From Paragordius varius (Eukaryota; Animalia; Nematomorpha), in contig OZ176050.1 in NCBI GenBank assembly GCA_964247055.1, positions 12,710,001-12,774,000 on the forward strand: a stretch of DNA of 64,000 bases. The letters are read 5' to 3'. Both the position numbers and the translations under genes were made by a program. The notes below the pieces were generated by a model. The model was not told the DNA's origin. It saw only the letters and a list, made by a program, of their open reading frames with translations, and searched no databases. Below are positions 51,101-64,000 of this stretch, one piece after another (within the stretch, counting starts at the first letter, position 1; every line of letters starts with the position of its first letter).

Positions 51101-54100
51101 TAAACAAAATATAAATATTATTTAAGCAATATATCCTTTGTGCTAAATAATGTAAGTATGTCAGTTTGATATATGAATAATAATTTTTAAAACAAATATA
51201 CATGTAAAATATATATGGAAATGGTTATAATGACTCTTGATAAATCAATGTTTGCCAAAATACTTTTTTTTAACATTTATGTTTTAAATGATTCAAAATT
51301 TTATTCACTTAAATACTATATATAGGTTATAGCAGTCATGTATGTTTAAAATTGTAAAACATACGTTTATAATTGATTTTACTTTGTTTTTAATTGTTTA
51401 CAATAAATAGGCTATTATTATTTTAAGGCTTAAAAATGCGCATGTTGAAAATTGACATATCAAACATCATAACAATTAAAAAGAAAAGTAAAATCAAGTA
51501 AAAACGTATGTTTGACAATTCTAAACATACATGACTGTATTTATTTTTATTCACTAAAGTACTGATAATTTGCTTTCCAAATATATTTACAATACCTATT
51601 ATTTTATTTTAGCCGCCCCAAAATGGGAAATTAAACCTGAGAACATAAACGCTGCTGAAGATGAAAATGTCAGTTTTGAGTGTCGAGCCCGTGGAAAACC
51701 CAAACCCCTTATCCAATGGTTTTTTAATGGCGTTCCCATTGCAAGTACAATCATTAAAAAACTTTTTATGGCCAAAATTTATTGACTATTTACGCATTTT
51801 ACAATATGCGTTTGATGGCTATGAAAATTACGTATTAATAATGGCTTAATTTGCTAAAAAGAATATTTTTAACTTTTAGAACTTTTATTAGTACTTATGG
51901 GTTGGTTAATTGACGGTGGATATTGCCATATTGGATATTTTACCTAATATTTTTAGCAACATAAGAAAAAATTACTAGAAGTTATAAATGGTTTTAATGG
52001 ATGTCTAAAAAACCCTTTTTTTTAATTTTGTTTTCTTTATTGCAAAATAATAAGGTTTTTTGAAACATATTTATAAATTTTCAAAATATATTTATATTTT
52101 TGCATCCAAAAAATATTGAAATAGATTTACCCTACAATGAACGGAGAAAGGTGTCAGGTAATGTTATAACCATATCAGCTTTAAAGAAGGATTCAGACAT
52201 TGGTGTTTACCAGTGTAATGCCAGTAATACCCATGGATATATTTATGCTAACGCATATCTTAACATTTTGGGTAGTTTATTACAATTTCATACTTTTTAT
52301 TTAATGAATGATGAAAAATGTTTTTTTTTGCATTTTTGGAAATTTTACCCAATTAATAGGACAACAATAGCGATAAACTACTCTACTAAATTTTGATAAA
52401 GTTTTTACTACATTATTTTTATAACGAATTATACACTGTATTCAATCTTACTAAAATTAATCATATAATAGATATTCATTTCAATTCTAAACGTTTTCTA
52501 TAAAATAGCTTATATCATCATCAGTAAGGCGCCTTAATTATAGAACTTATCGATTGATTTTACTTATAATGTATGTTAGACCATTATTTTTCTTTAATAT
52601 AAATATTTATAGACTGTCACAGAAATGTACTTAAATCAATTAATTAATTAAGAAATTATCAAAATCTTTTTACATATTATTTTATCAATAGTTGTTTATA
52701 TTTAACTACAAATTTAACAGCTGAACCTCCCGTGTTTAAAATGGCCCCTCGAAAGCTCTTAGAGGTGGTAGACTCTGGCCCGGCTAATATAAGTTGTGTC
52801 ACGTTTGGAGCTCCACAACCTCGGGTGACTTGGTTTAAGGATGGCGTCGAAGTTACAGGAGGTCGTTATCAATACTCCGATAAGGGAGTTCCACCCAAAC
52901 AAGCTCAGAATAGACAAGGAATTAACCATGCAGATCAATCAAGTTTGAAGAGATTTTTTGCGTTTTTTTATGTGTTTGAATTTACACATTTAGAAATTGA
53001 AACTATAAAGACTTAGGGCGTAAACAATCAGAAAATAGTATATAAAATTAATCAATCAAAGACTGCTATATTTTTTGAATTATAATTATTTAAATCTTTT
53101 TAGAACATATTTGTAATTTTAGTTTTTATTGCGTTTTTAATAATTTTAATTTTTTTATATATTTATGTATCTGGATTGGATCGACATTGGAAATAAAAAA
53201 TGGAAAATAATTATATGTTTGAAAAAATATTATAATTTTTCATAAAAATGATAATGAGTTTGGTTGTTAAAAATTTGAAAGGACTGTATTAATAAGCGGT
53301 CAAACTGGTTATTGTTTTATTACTAGATAAAAACGCACCAACTATGTACAAATTTTCCTCTCCCATATATTAAATATAAAAACTATATTAACAAATTTTT
53401 ATATACAATCTTAATTTATTTTTTTATCGATATATATATTCAAGATGAGAATTCAAATTCCATAACATCAACCACGCAACGTAGTACGACAGGAAAATTT
53501 TTAATCATTCAAAACGTAGTCCATAGCGATGCAGGGAATTACACGTGTGAAGCGGTAAATAAGTTTGGAAGTGTAAAAGCTAGTGGAATGTTAATTGTAA
53601 AGGGTATAATTTTGAGTTAATAAATAAATCTTTTTTATATTGGTTTAATTTTATTTAAACTTGCATAAATATGCATGTTATAGCTACAGTCTTGAAGCTT
53701 TTATCAACTTAGCATATTATACCCTTTGAAAAAGGTGTACTTATAGATTTTTTTTAAAATCAGTTTGCTTATATTGAAACTCTTATTGAAATTTAAACTA
53801 AATAAAATTTTTTGATTCGACAAATCGAATACCACAAAGTAAAATATTGATAATTCGATATAAAACATAATTATATAATTGTAATTACATATTTTAATAT
53901 ATACGATAGCTCATACCGTTATACAAACTCGTCCACAGAATGGCGAAGTTAGGATCGGGGAACCAGTTGTTTTCCGATGTTCAGCTGTTAGTGATTCCTC
54001 CCTGCCTCTTGAGATTGACTGGGAAAAGAATGGAGAATCCATTTTTTCTACTACAAGTTAGTTTCTACAATTTTTTGTTTTGAAATCTGTGCCGAAAGTT

Positions 54101-57100
54101 AGATAATTTTTTAATTTTAGTTGAAACTGTATATATTTTTGATCTTTTGAAACGTTATATTATTAGTGTTCATTTCGGTATATCCAAAAATTAAATTTAG
54201 CTATTTAGATTATATCGCAAAGTGATACTTTATGAGAATAATTAATTTTTTTATAACTATAAGGGAATATGAATTGTTTTTTCTGGTGTAAGTACTTTTT
54301 TAAATAAAATCAACCCCCTTCTCATCACGACCCAAAATAACTATTATTCATTTTATAATATCATTCTGAAGATATTTAGAATAATTTTTTTTTGTTTTTC
54401 CCTCATTGTATGGTTTTTTGAACCACAAACAGTTTATGTTAAAGTTTAACTTTATCCGATAATACGATCTTTTAGAACGGATCAGTGATATGTTTATATA
54501 AAAATGCTCATATTCTTAAGCCAATTAGCTATCTAAAGGGATTATTTCAATATAAAATGAATAATCTTTAAACCATAGTTGTTATAAATATTATTATATA
54601 TTATTTTATTTGCCACACTAAGGGAGAAAATTTGTAGATTACGATAATTCGGACGGGAGTATGTTAATAGATGATATAACGGATAAACCTGAATATGAAG
54701 ATACCACATCAGATTTAGTTCTCGTGAATGATATTGAATCATCGCTGCATCATTCAAGCAACTCAAACAATAAAAATAATGTGGTGACCAGTACGCATGT
54801 TGATAATCAAAGGTAATTTAATTATTTGTTAAGTTAAAAATTTTAGTTTAATAATGTTTAGAGTGTAATATAGAGTTTGTTCTTTAAATATTATGATAAG
54901 TTTGGTTTAAAAATTTTAATTCTTATACTACGAGCAATTTTAGTTATCAGATAATGAATAATGGCAAAATACAAAATAAAAACCTTATTAATGTTTTCGA
55001 CCCACTTAGTGCACAATTTATATAACAATGTTTTTTTAATGCTGTCCATTTTCAAATATCTTCTAAATAAGCACCCCTTTTACAATTAAAATTCCTACCC
55101 TTAACTTAACAAAACAAATTATTGTAATTATTATAATTGTATATTTTCCCCTTTTAGAGTTTTCAAAAATCCCATTGATAATTCGTTGACAATAACCAAC
55201 ACGCAACAAAGTGACACAGCCTCATATACTTGTGTTGCTCGAACTAGGCTTGATGAAGCCCGAGCCACGGCTAATCTTACTGTTCAAGGTTTTTTATAGA
55301 TTTACTTAATTTATTTTAGCAAATTTTTTGATAGATATTATAGGATTTGTGGCTTTCAAAAGTGATATTATTCATATTACAAATATTTTTTGTCTTATAT
55401 GATCTTGCTTTTCAATGAGTTTATGTAATAAGCCGACTTAATTTCTAAGCAATCAATTGTTGGCTAATATATTTATTGACTTTGTTTTCGTAAGGCTTAA
55501 TTCAATATTAAAGACATATTTATGTTTTTTAAGGCTTTAATAGTTTTAGATAAAACTGTAAACTAATTAATTTAACCTAAATTTTAAGTGGTAATTAAAC
55601 ACAAATTTTACACGATATAAAACCCTTTCAAAGTAATATATTATTATTGTAAATTATATGTGTTTGGTTCACTGGTTAAATTTTTATGGTTAATTTTTTT
55701 TCATAATTTTCAATACATCTTTTAAAAAAATATTTTAACATTGCAAATTATGCATTTTCCAAATATTTTTTTTATAAATTTTTTTCAGGTAAAATATTAT
55801 AAATTTTTGCTTATAGATGTTCCCAATCCACCGACTGATATAACTTTGGTAAGTTGTATGAGTCGATCTGCTACCATAAGTTGGAAACCTAATGGGGATA
55901 ATAGTGCCCCTATACTTCGTTTTTTGGTTCAATACAATGTTTCAAGTCCGTATGTTAGACAACAGATGAATTCAGATACTATGAATCAACAAAATATAAA
56001 CACTAATCGAAATGGTAATGGACGAAGTGGTATAATTATTTAGTATTTTGTTAAAAAATGAAAATCTAAATAAATGTATTTATTATTATTAACAAAATTT
56101 TATTATTGATAATATACAGTAAACATTAGTAAAATAAGGCAAAAAAACCAATGCTTGTAAATTTGGATAGAAAATAAATTTATTAGCAAATTAAGGAGAA
56201 TTTTATAAACAGTTTATTTGAATAGAAAAAATATTATGTATAAATGGGTATTTTTGACATAAGATAAACTCTATATCGATTTCCTGCAATAGATTTATGT
56301 TTATACAGTATAATTAATAGTAACAAAACGATATAAACAATTGAAATTTATAAAACCTAATATAAATTTTTTTCATTTCGATATATTTTAGATATGGCCG
56401 CCTCAGATTTAGATGGTGGTTGGGTGACATATACTAAACCCATCCCTCCGGGCGAAAGACAAACCGTTATACCTCTCAAAGCTAATGCTAATTATACGTT
56501 TCGCGTTCGTGCCGAAAATAAAATAGGTTTGCTATATATATATAAGTAATTCTTGATTTTAAGCGCTTTTTTGGGGCATTTGAATCATTGTTAAAATTAA
56601 GATTACAAATTTAGGAATTAAAACTACATTAAAAGTTTTGGGCAGAGGGCTATAAATACAAGCATTTTTTACAATTACAATTTTATAAATGTACTGCTAA
56701 AACTAAAATTGAGCTTTAAAATTAATTTGAAACATGATGGTATTTAGCGTTAAACAGGGGCAAAACAAATAAATAATTTTTTAAAACTATTCGACATTTT
56801 AATTCTCTTTTAATGGTTATACAGATATAATTGTAATATAATGTGTCATGTCATATAAAAACTTTATTCGCATTGATAAGCTCAAAACTTACTATGAATT
56901 ATTAACTTTAAACCAATTTTTTCGAAAAAAAACTTAACTTTCTATTATTTGAAAAGCAAAAAACTAAAAACATTTCACAAAACAAGTAAAATACCTTATG
57001 ACTTGGTCCATCTTGCACTTTTTTGCATTGATATATATCTTCAACTTATTATGAATTATTAACTTGAAACCATTTTTTTTTTCAACGTAGTAATTTTCAT

Positions 57101-60100
57101 TTACCCATTATGATTCATAACATTTTACTCAAGTATTAATTAATTCCCAACTTGAAATTATCTTTTCTTCCCTTTTTACCAGGTTTATCACCCATACCTG
57201 AAAGCATTTCAGGTATTGATTCAACCCAAATTCAATCATCCCCTGCCCTTAGGATGTTAGCTGCCTCTAAAGGAAACATAAACAGTAAAGAATCAAATTT
57301 CGTAACACAAGTTTGTTCAACTCCACCCGATTTACCTGAATCAAATCCGACGGATGTGCGAGCTGGCGGCCCTAACCCCAATAAGCTTGAAATCTTTTTT
57401 ACGGTAAAAATTTATTGATTGATTTTATTTTTGGGTTTGTCTAATCGCATTTATGATCGATATTTGATTGGAAGTTTTAGTTAGAAGATTTTATTGGTAT
57501 AAGTATTGACTGTCCATATTTTTGGCCCACTATTTTGTTGAAATGGAAATTAGAGTGAACCGATCTATTGGTTAATAAATTAAATGTATTGATAGATTTT
57601 TACTGATATTTTCTATTATCATATTTTATATTCGCAAATTCTATCTCATATAAATGTTATAATCCATTTCAAACTTAACCATCATCCATTTGATTTAATT
57701 TATGATTATATATAACATAGTTAATTGAAATTGAAAAAATGGTATTTTTAACATACTAATTAAATGTATAGCCATAATAATAAACGACGGATTAATAATG
57801 TTTTGTATTAACAATTGTTAAAACCACGAAATAATGATATAAAAAACAAACCGAAAATGATATAAAAATTATATTCTGAAAATAATATATATGTGAAACC
57901 CGTTGTCAATAGTAATCGCAGGCTAGTTTCGTGTTTGTTAGCCTTCATTACTACGACACAACTATTTGACTTGGGGTTTTTACGTACCAATTTGGTTTCA
58001 GTTTAAATTTTGTTTTTATCATTATTTCACGGGACTTAACAATTGTTAAATGTTTATTATATACCATTTACAGTTCAAATTCATCCTTGAACAATTCAAA
58101 TTCACCCTCGAACAATTCAAATTCACCCTAAAATAAATTATGTATTTTCGAACTAATATAACTCATTATTAATATGAAATATATGTTTATGTTATAGTTA
58201 ATTATTTTTCAGTATTATTTTTTTTTAATACAAAATTTTTATTTTTTAAAAATATATAAAAATATTGGTAGTTTTTAATATTAAAAAACATATATTTTAT
58301 TTGCGGGTGAATTTGAATTGTTCGAGGGTCAATTTGAATTGTTTAAGGGTGAAATTGAATTGTAAATGGTATATTATATTACATATATATAGCCGCCACC
58401 CAAGCTAGATTGGGCCGGTCCAGGTTTTCATTACATGCTAAAGTATCGTAAAGCCATTAATGACCCGACCATGGCAGCCTCCTCAAAAAACACTGTTCCC
58501 TTCACCACATTCCCTATTCGGGATCCTTTTACCAGTTCTGTTGTTCTGACAGAAAACATCCCAAGATATACGCCTTACGAAATTAGCCTAACCTCTGTCA
58601 ATGATTTAGGCCAATGTCGAATCCCGGCCATACCTATCATTGGTTACAGTGGGGAGGATGGTAAACTTTACTTTTACTATTAGTTTTAAGTTTTTGTAGC
58701 ATAAATTGAATTATTACCGAAAAAAATAAAAATGAAAATTAATGTCCACAATTTAAGCAAAAAAAGATTAGTTTCAGCCATTATTATTAACTACTATCTC
58801 TACTGTATGTTGGATTATATATAAAAAATTGTTATAATTGATTATGGACGCGTGTGATTGGTATTTAAATTTATTTACCACTATTTGGATAATATTTTTA
58901 TCGATATGTCTCCAGTAGGAATAAATAATAACAATGTTAAAGTCTATTAATTATAATGCCTGGATAATTTAAGTATAAGCTATTTAAATGTATCAATAAG
59001 CCAAGAATTCGGATAATAAAATTGTTTTATACACGTCTTCAGTAGGATGAAATATTGAGAAATATTTTTTTGTTACAAATATATGGTTTAAGAAGTGTTT
59101 AATTTTCACTAATTACAAGTTAAAGTATATCCTAAAATAAAATTATAGTTGTGTATTCAAATTAACCATTAACAGACTATGTGATAATTTTTTTTCTGAT
59201 ACAATGTAGATGTTTTATCAGTGATATTCGTATTTCTAATGGTCGATATATATTGGACTCTTTTTTCACACCTTAACTATGTTTCTAATTTAATATTTAA
59301 TTATTTGTAAAAGAAGAATTTTTTATTTGACTTTAATTCATTCAAACAAAATTTAGTGCCCACCACCATAATTCAAGATTTTAAACTTGTGGATATTAAC
59401 GGTCCTACATCGGCTCGTGTTTCATGGGCTTCCGTTGACCCCAAAACTCTAAATGGAGAATTTAAAGGATTTAAAGTATAATGTTAATTAATTTTTATTG
59501 CAGCATTCTTAGTTTTTATATAAAGAGGTGCATTTTAAACTAAAAGTTTAACACTTTTTTAGATCCCTTTTTTTCGTTGTAGTGAATACACGAAAGATAA
59601 ATATGGGGTTTAAAAACCTTTAATTTGATATTTTTTACTTAAAGTTGTACTTATAAACCTACTCATTTTGACAACATACAAAATAATTAAATATTGTATT
59701 GTCTGTTCAAGATTAATTTCCTAATTTGTTTTACAATTTAAACGCCTTATCTTGTTTAATTTTACTCTAATAAATTATTTTACAACGAAAAAAAAAACGG
59801 AATGCCTAAAATCTTTTTATCCGTTTTTTTCTCTCTCTAGATTTTAAGTTGGACACCTCAACAAGAGGGTGGGTCTGAAAATGCCCGTGAAACCGTTATA
59901 AATGATCCTAATCAACGCACTGCACTTATTAGAACGCTAAAACCTTTTAGTCAAAATATCATAGCTATGCGTGTTTACAATAATTACTATGATGGCCCTC
60001 TTTCGACTGAAATTCAAGTCCAAACACCTGAAGGAAGTAAATTAATCTTTTTTCTCTAGCAAATAAACTATTTTTTTATAAAATAAATTTTTATTGGAAA

Positions 60101-63100
60101 AGGACAAAGAACTTAAATTTTAATGTTTTATAGAGGACGTACGAATATAAATTATAAAAACAGGACTTCAAAAGTTAAAGATAATTATTAAGGAAAACCA
60201 TATCTTTCAAACCTTGATTTTTTTAAGAATATATGCGCTGCAAAATAAGGATGAATGATGGAAACTGGAAACTCACTCAATTTAAAATTATATTTTATTG
60301 TTGGAGTCTAACATATTATATATTTGTTAATCATTCTTGCATTTCTATATTACATTCCCAAAAAATTTAATTAAAATACAAAAAGCATGTTATTCTGTCA
60401 TAAAATTCTATAAGGCATATGTTTATAATATATTATATTTACTCAAATGTTATTTCGCTCTTTTTAGCGCCAGAAATGGTGGAAGACTTTAAGGTTTATG
60501 CTTTGGGTTCCAATGCTTTACAATTGAGATGGAAACCTCCGATTGAACCCAATGGTCAATTAACTGGTTACCGAATTTTTTACTCTAAAGGTTTTTTATG
60601 CTTCTTGAATTTTTAAAAGTCAAAATTTTTTATCCTATTAATGTGATTAAATATCATTTTTTTGTTATATATCTATTTATATGTTTTAATATCATTATTA
60701 TAACTTTTATTTTAATATTCTTTTCCACAAAACTTATTTGATATCCATTATACAAATTAACTTTATATGTTTCGTTTAAAAATAGTTTGAGGTTTTAAAA
60801 AGGATAAAAATAAAATATTATAATACTTTAAAATATAATTAGTTGTTGGGACGGACATATTTCCCGAGCAAGAATTAACACCAGTTATAACGGATGCTGG
60901 AAAAATCGAAGCCCGAATCCCGGGACTTCAGGCAGAATCCAAATATCGCGTAACTATTGCGGCCACCACTTCAGCTGGCCTGGGCCAATATGATTGGCGA
61001 GAGGTATAGATTTTAGTTAGTAAATTTATGCAAATTGCTTTCTATTTAAGATTTGGTTAAATTTGAAAATAGGTGAGGGTTTTACGTATGAAAAACTCCA
61101 AAATTATGTATACACATACCATTTACAATTTAATTTCACCCTCAAACAATTCACCCTTGAACAATTCAAATTCACCCTCGAACAATTCAAATTCACTTTC
61201 AAATAAAATATATGTTTTTTGAGATTAAAAATTACCTATATTTTATATATTTTTCAAAAATAAAAATTTTCTTTTAAATAATACTGAAAAAATAATAAAC
61301 TATACCATTAACATATATTTCATATTAATAATAAGTTATATTGGTTCGAAAACACATAATTTATTTTTAGGGTGAATATGAATTGTTTAGAGGTGAATTT
61401 GAATTGTTCGAGGGTAAATTTGAATTGTTCAAGGGTGAATATGAACTGTAATTGGTATACTAAATTTTTAATTAGCTTTAAAGTTCCATAAAATACGCCT
61501 AAAATAATTGATGATATTTATTTTATATAAGTTTTTAATCTTTTAACCATAAGCGATCTTGATAAGTTTAAACTTGGATAAAAAACGTTTAAATTAAGAT
61601 GGCAAACTCTAAAAATGGCATTATATAAAAAAAATATTGTAAATCTTTATAAAACTTTTATTTCTAATTATGTCATACATAAATCTTATTGGTTAATAGA
61701 CATGCTATGTATAGATGCCGTTTAACCAAGTTAATTTTTATTATTATTTCTCAAATATATAGTACATAAGTTTATAAAATAAGGAAAAAATCTCTACAGG
61801 CATTTGTATTTAATTTCTCTTAATTAACTAATATTTTCATATCATAACCAATAATACTTTATTAACCAATTTTTTTTATTCTTATAACTATATGATGTAA
61901 CTATAAACTACTATGTAGGTTAAAACAACCCGAGCTGGACCACCCATGCCCTTTGAATTCACGATAAGCCGGGTCGAAGGTCGACGGGCTAACGTTACTT
62001 GGATGACGAGGGCAGAAAAACTGAGCAAAGCACCATCTTTGCCTCCATTCCATTATCAAAGTGTGGCGGCCGGAGATGGCCAAACTTTATCATCCCCCCA
62101 AGATGGTAATCACTTTTATTCAAGAGTTGAAATGTTTTTCAATACATTTCGTTTTACTTTTTTAACTTTTATTTAGGTTTTTCTTTATAATAAATATGAA
62201 AAATATAACGACAATTAAAGAATAATATTTTTACATTTAAGAATATTATTAAGTTATTTATAAATTATTAGATTTATTGAATATTTCGTCTTACTTTACA
62301 GTTTAATTGAAAGTGTAACTATAAAACTTAAAAATTAATAAGACTAATATTTTTTAGACAGCCATACGTCTTAAATCCTTAATACCTTTAAATATAACCT
62401 ACATCTCTAATTTTTGTCTTGCAACCCAAAACAATGAGTTATATTACAAAAAAATCAAGATCCAAAAATATGCTTGTATTTTACTATAAATGTCTTTTAA
62501 GCTTTACGTAATGTCTGCATAATTTTAATTTTTCTTGCTGCTTTGCTTTTTACTTTACTTTATCTAAACTTATTTGAGTGTTTACAGTATGCATTATAAT
62601 TATTGCTTATTTCACACTATAGTATTGGATAATTTGCAACACAGTAGTGTATGGAAAAAAAGAAAGGAAATCATTGTTTATTCAACACTTTGTTGTTTTT
62701 TTCCATACACTACTGTGAAGCAACCATTAAAATGCATATTGTATGATTTTTAAAAAAAATTTATCTACTAGATTCATTAACCTCAACTTTAACTAATATG
62801 GATGATGTATTATCCAGTAAATCAATGAATGATTCTGTTTATGGGGGTCTGGAAGGACCAGTGGCTTATGTTCAATACCGGGAAAAAGGTATATTAAAAA
62901 ATTAATTTATGCTTTTTTTTCAAAATATTAAATAAATATTATTTAAATTTTAATTCTTTTCGATGTAGGTAAAAAAGAGTATTTTAAGAGTATCCTAATT
63001 ATAAAGCGAAAAAGTTAAAGATAAATGATTGTTATTTTTTAATATAAAGACAATTACAATTTTTGAACCATAGCTTTTAGTAGATAATCTACATAATTAT

Positions 63101-63867
63101 AAATATACTTTTTTCATAATCATAAATAATTATATGTCAAAAAATCCAAGTTAAAAGTATGATTGCCTTATATAAGAAACATATTGTTGTAAATTTTTAG
63201 GGTTTTTTATCATTTTAATTTTCACTGTGTCTATCTATCTATTAAATAACTTTTATTTTAAAATTTATAATTTTTTTAAAGTGTTTCTGCAACATAATTA
63301 GATAAGATGGCAACTTTTTATTTAATTTAATTTTGCTTGTATTTAATCAAAGCTATGTATTTAAACGTTAATTTTATGTATCAGGTCTATTTAATTCGAG
63401 AGTTAAAAAATCTTACCCATATATTTATACATATATATGCATTTTAATGGTTCACACTATAGTAGGGCGGCAATTTGCAACACAGCAGTTGTGTATGGAA
63501 AAAACAACAAAAAATTGAATGAACAATTATTTCCTTTCTTTTTTTCCATACACTCCTCTGTTGCAATTGCCCTACTATAATCTAAAATAAGCTACCATTA
63601 AAATTTATACGATTACAAATGCACGTAAATATTGCTCTTTGATAATAATTTCAATCTTTTTTTGAAAAAAAATAATTTTTTGAACTTATATTTTTATTTG
63701 CCATAAAGGTGATGATTTTTGGCTCCGCTCTGATGATCAATACATGGATAATTTTGAAGTGATAGAAAATCTCAAACCCGGTACCGTTTATGAGTTTAGA
63801 GTTGTCGCTCAAAATGATAAATATATCACACCGAGTTTGGTTCAAGAAATACGCACAAAAACCACAA
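39153..63867 (+). CDS. Nrg: L1-family cell adhesion molecule (neuroglian/NrCAM/L1CAM-like): signal peptide, 6 Ig, 5 FN3; TM and cytoplasmic exons lie beyond the window
   Basis: Exons 39153-39252 (signal peptide), 45052-45157, 45961-46148, 48677-48798, 49614-49833, 50296-50401, 50760-50950, 51613-51744, 52125-52271, 52721-52942, 53445-53603, 53910-54056, 54623-54812, 55158-55288, 55817-56029, 56392-56526, 57183-57403, 58393-58660, 59357-59475, 59841-60036, 60468-60590, 60843-61003, 61919-62105, 62772-62888, 63709-63867. All are GT-AG and phase-consistent. L1-family hallmarks: DEGIYQCFATNQYGTAVS (Ig1), DDDGNLHFAYV (Ig2), VYQCNASNTHGYIYANAYLNI (Ig4), DVPNPP and NGDNSAPI (FN1), GPGFHY and GYSGED (FN2), QTPEG (FN3), PIEPNGQLTGY (FN4). 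Confidence 0.92.
40190..41212 (+). CDS. 340-codon ORF in neuroglian intron 1: putative alternative first exon (long N-terminal domain plus signal-anchor) or nested single-TM gene
   Basis: A 1-kb uninterrupted ORF in very AT-rich DNA. It has one strong hydrophobic segment, ALCLSIFAIVCILLQLPIFVY, followed by a phase-1 GT at 41013 compatible with the phase-1 acceptor at 45052. No family recognised. Confidence 0.65.
   Translation: MDPHLNHSNLADESHGLIENLQNDDKNQSIAGNHSHILYKSDSYTQQNNGIKVNFTAKDKKSNNYSPNNGHRFHFRNPFKKRILRRPTTQLKKTLQHNAKYQPVQNSKVIIHHKTTLPTIERKKLPHKYCYSLPSLHSSYFVNNTHIPSFDNFGGSFYLPIREEKTRNFAASLDFLRLALLKILGFCIPYCQNLYEEKLESVSSSSSEESFIQTKPEKGKTGDQQVEADDDESSIDITKPPKDTCFDVRDKALCLSIFAIVCILLQLPIFVYKVGIHNANTVNSSLNLSTTNNISFPYKNYSILPIWAFQNQTKNFLPHNNNVSFSSAFNPTKFLNAKST
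43657..44774. mobile_element. CACTA/CMC-like non-autonomous element (~1.1 kb)
   Basis: TAA|CACTAGACAACAAATTTT ... AAAATTTGTTGTCTAGTG|TAA: an 18-bp TIR starting CACTA with a 3-bp TSD. No coding capacity seen. Confidence 0.7.
45203..45494. mobile_element. Tc1/mariner-like MITE family F; related copies near 3395-3505, 3830-3960, 7490-7690, 9170-9438, 12420-12944
   Basis: TA|CAGTAAAAA...GACAA(A)CGTAAAAATATAAAGACAAATATTTTTTTCTAAAA-ACAACCATACTTTT and its inverted counterpart. Confidence 0.65.
58064..58369. mobile_element. MITE family A with modular TIRs of 21-bp units (best-preserved copy)
   Basis: TATA|CCATTTACAGTTCAAATTCA... and ...TGAATTGTAAATGG|TATA. Arms are built of tandem GAACAATTCAAATTCACCCT(T/C) units around an AT-rich core. 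Confidence 0.85.
61119..61455. mobile_element. MITE family A copy
   Basis: Same TIR; about 4 units per arm. Confidence 0.8.
62585..62741. mobile_element. Tc1/mariner-like MITE family C; other copies at 44780-44910, ~63436-63608, ~19541-19705, ~13605-13770
   Basis: TA|CAGTATGCATT...CACACTATAGTA(G)GGCAATTTGCAACACAGTAGTGTATGG ... CCATACACTACTGTG...AACCATTAAAATGCATA(C/T)TG|TA. Confidence 0.75.
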
Positions 63868-64000
63868 GTATAAATATTTATAAGTGTTACATTTGAAAAA
63901 ATTTGTATAATATTAACTTTTTTAGTAAGATCTTAAAGATTAATTTAAATAAGTTCAAATTGAAAAGTTAATGACATACGCAATAATTAATAGACAAATA

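Overview
This window is AT-rich, intron-rich animal genomic DNA, not prokaryotic, so most ORFs in the supplied track are single exons read through into introns, or transposon noise. Splicing by hand (GT-AG, phase-consistent) gave four confident genes. (1) The 5' end of a folate-receptor/riboflavin-binding-family gene on the - strand at the left edge. (2) An 18-exon type I membrane protein of about 903 aa with signal peptide, 2 C-type lectin domains, 10 six-Cys EB-like modules, a TM helix and a short tail (1688-15121). (3) An intronless mitochondrial trans-2-enoyl-ACP reductase (MECR) starting 46 nt after that stop codon. (4) An L1-family/neuroglian gene with 6 Ig and 5 FN3 domains (39153 to beyond the window end). 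A weaker unidentified spliced gene may lie at about 17.5-25.3 kb. Introns and the 25-39 kb interval are full of non-autonomous DNA transposons (piggyBac-like, Tc1/mariner-like, hAT-like, CACTA-like, and a modular-TIR family), plus a 3.9-kb palindrome made of two inverted, decayed PIF/Harbinger copies. The most unusual observations are these. A 340-codon ORF inside neuroglian intron 1 could act as an alternative first exon, adding a ~250-aa N-terminal domain and signal-anchor. Large loop insertions in neuroglian sit on intron positions. The Harbinger copies form a fold-back. The lectin-EB and MECR genes almost touch. All translations and coordinates were derived by eye; no database search was run.
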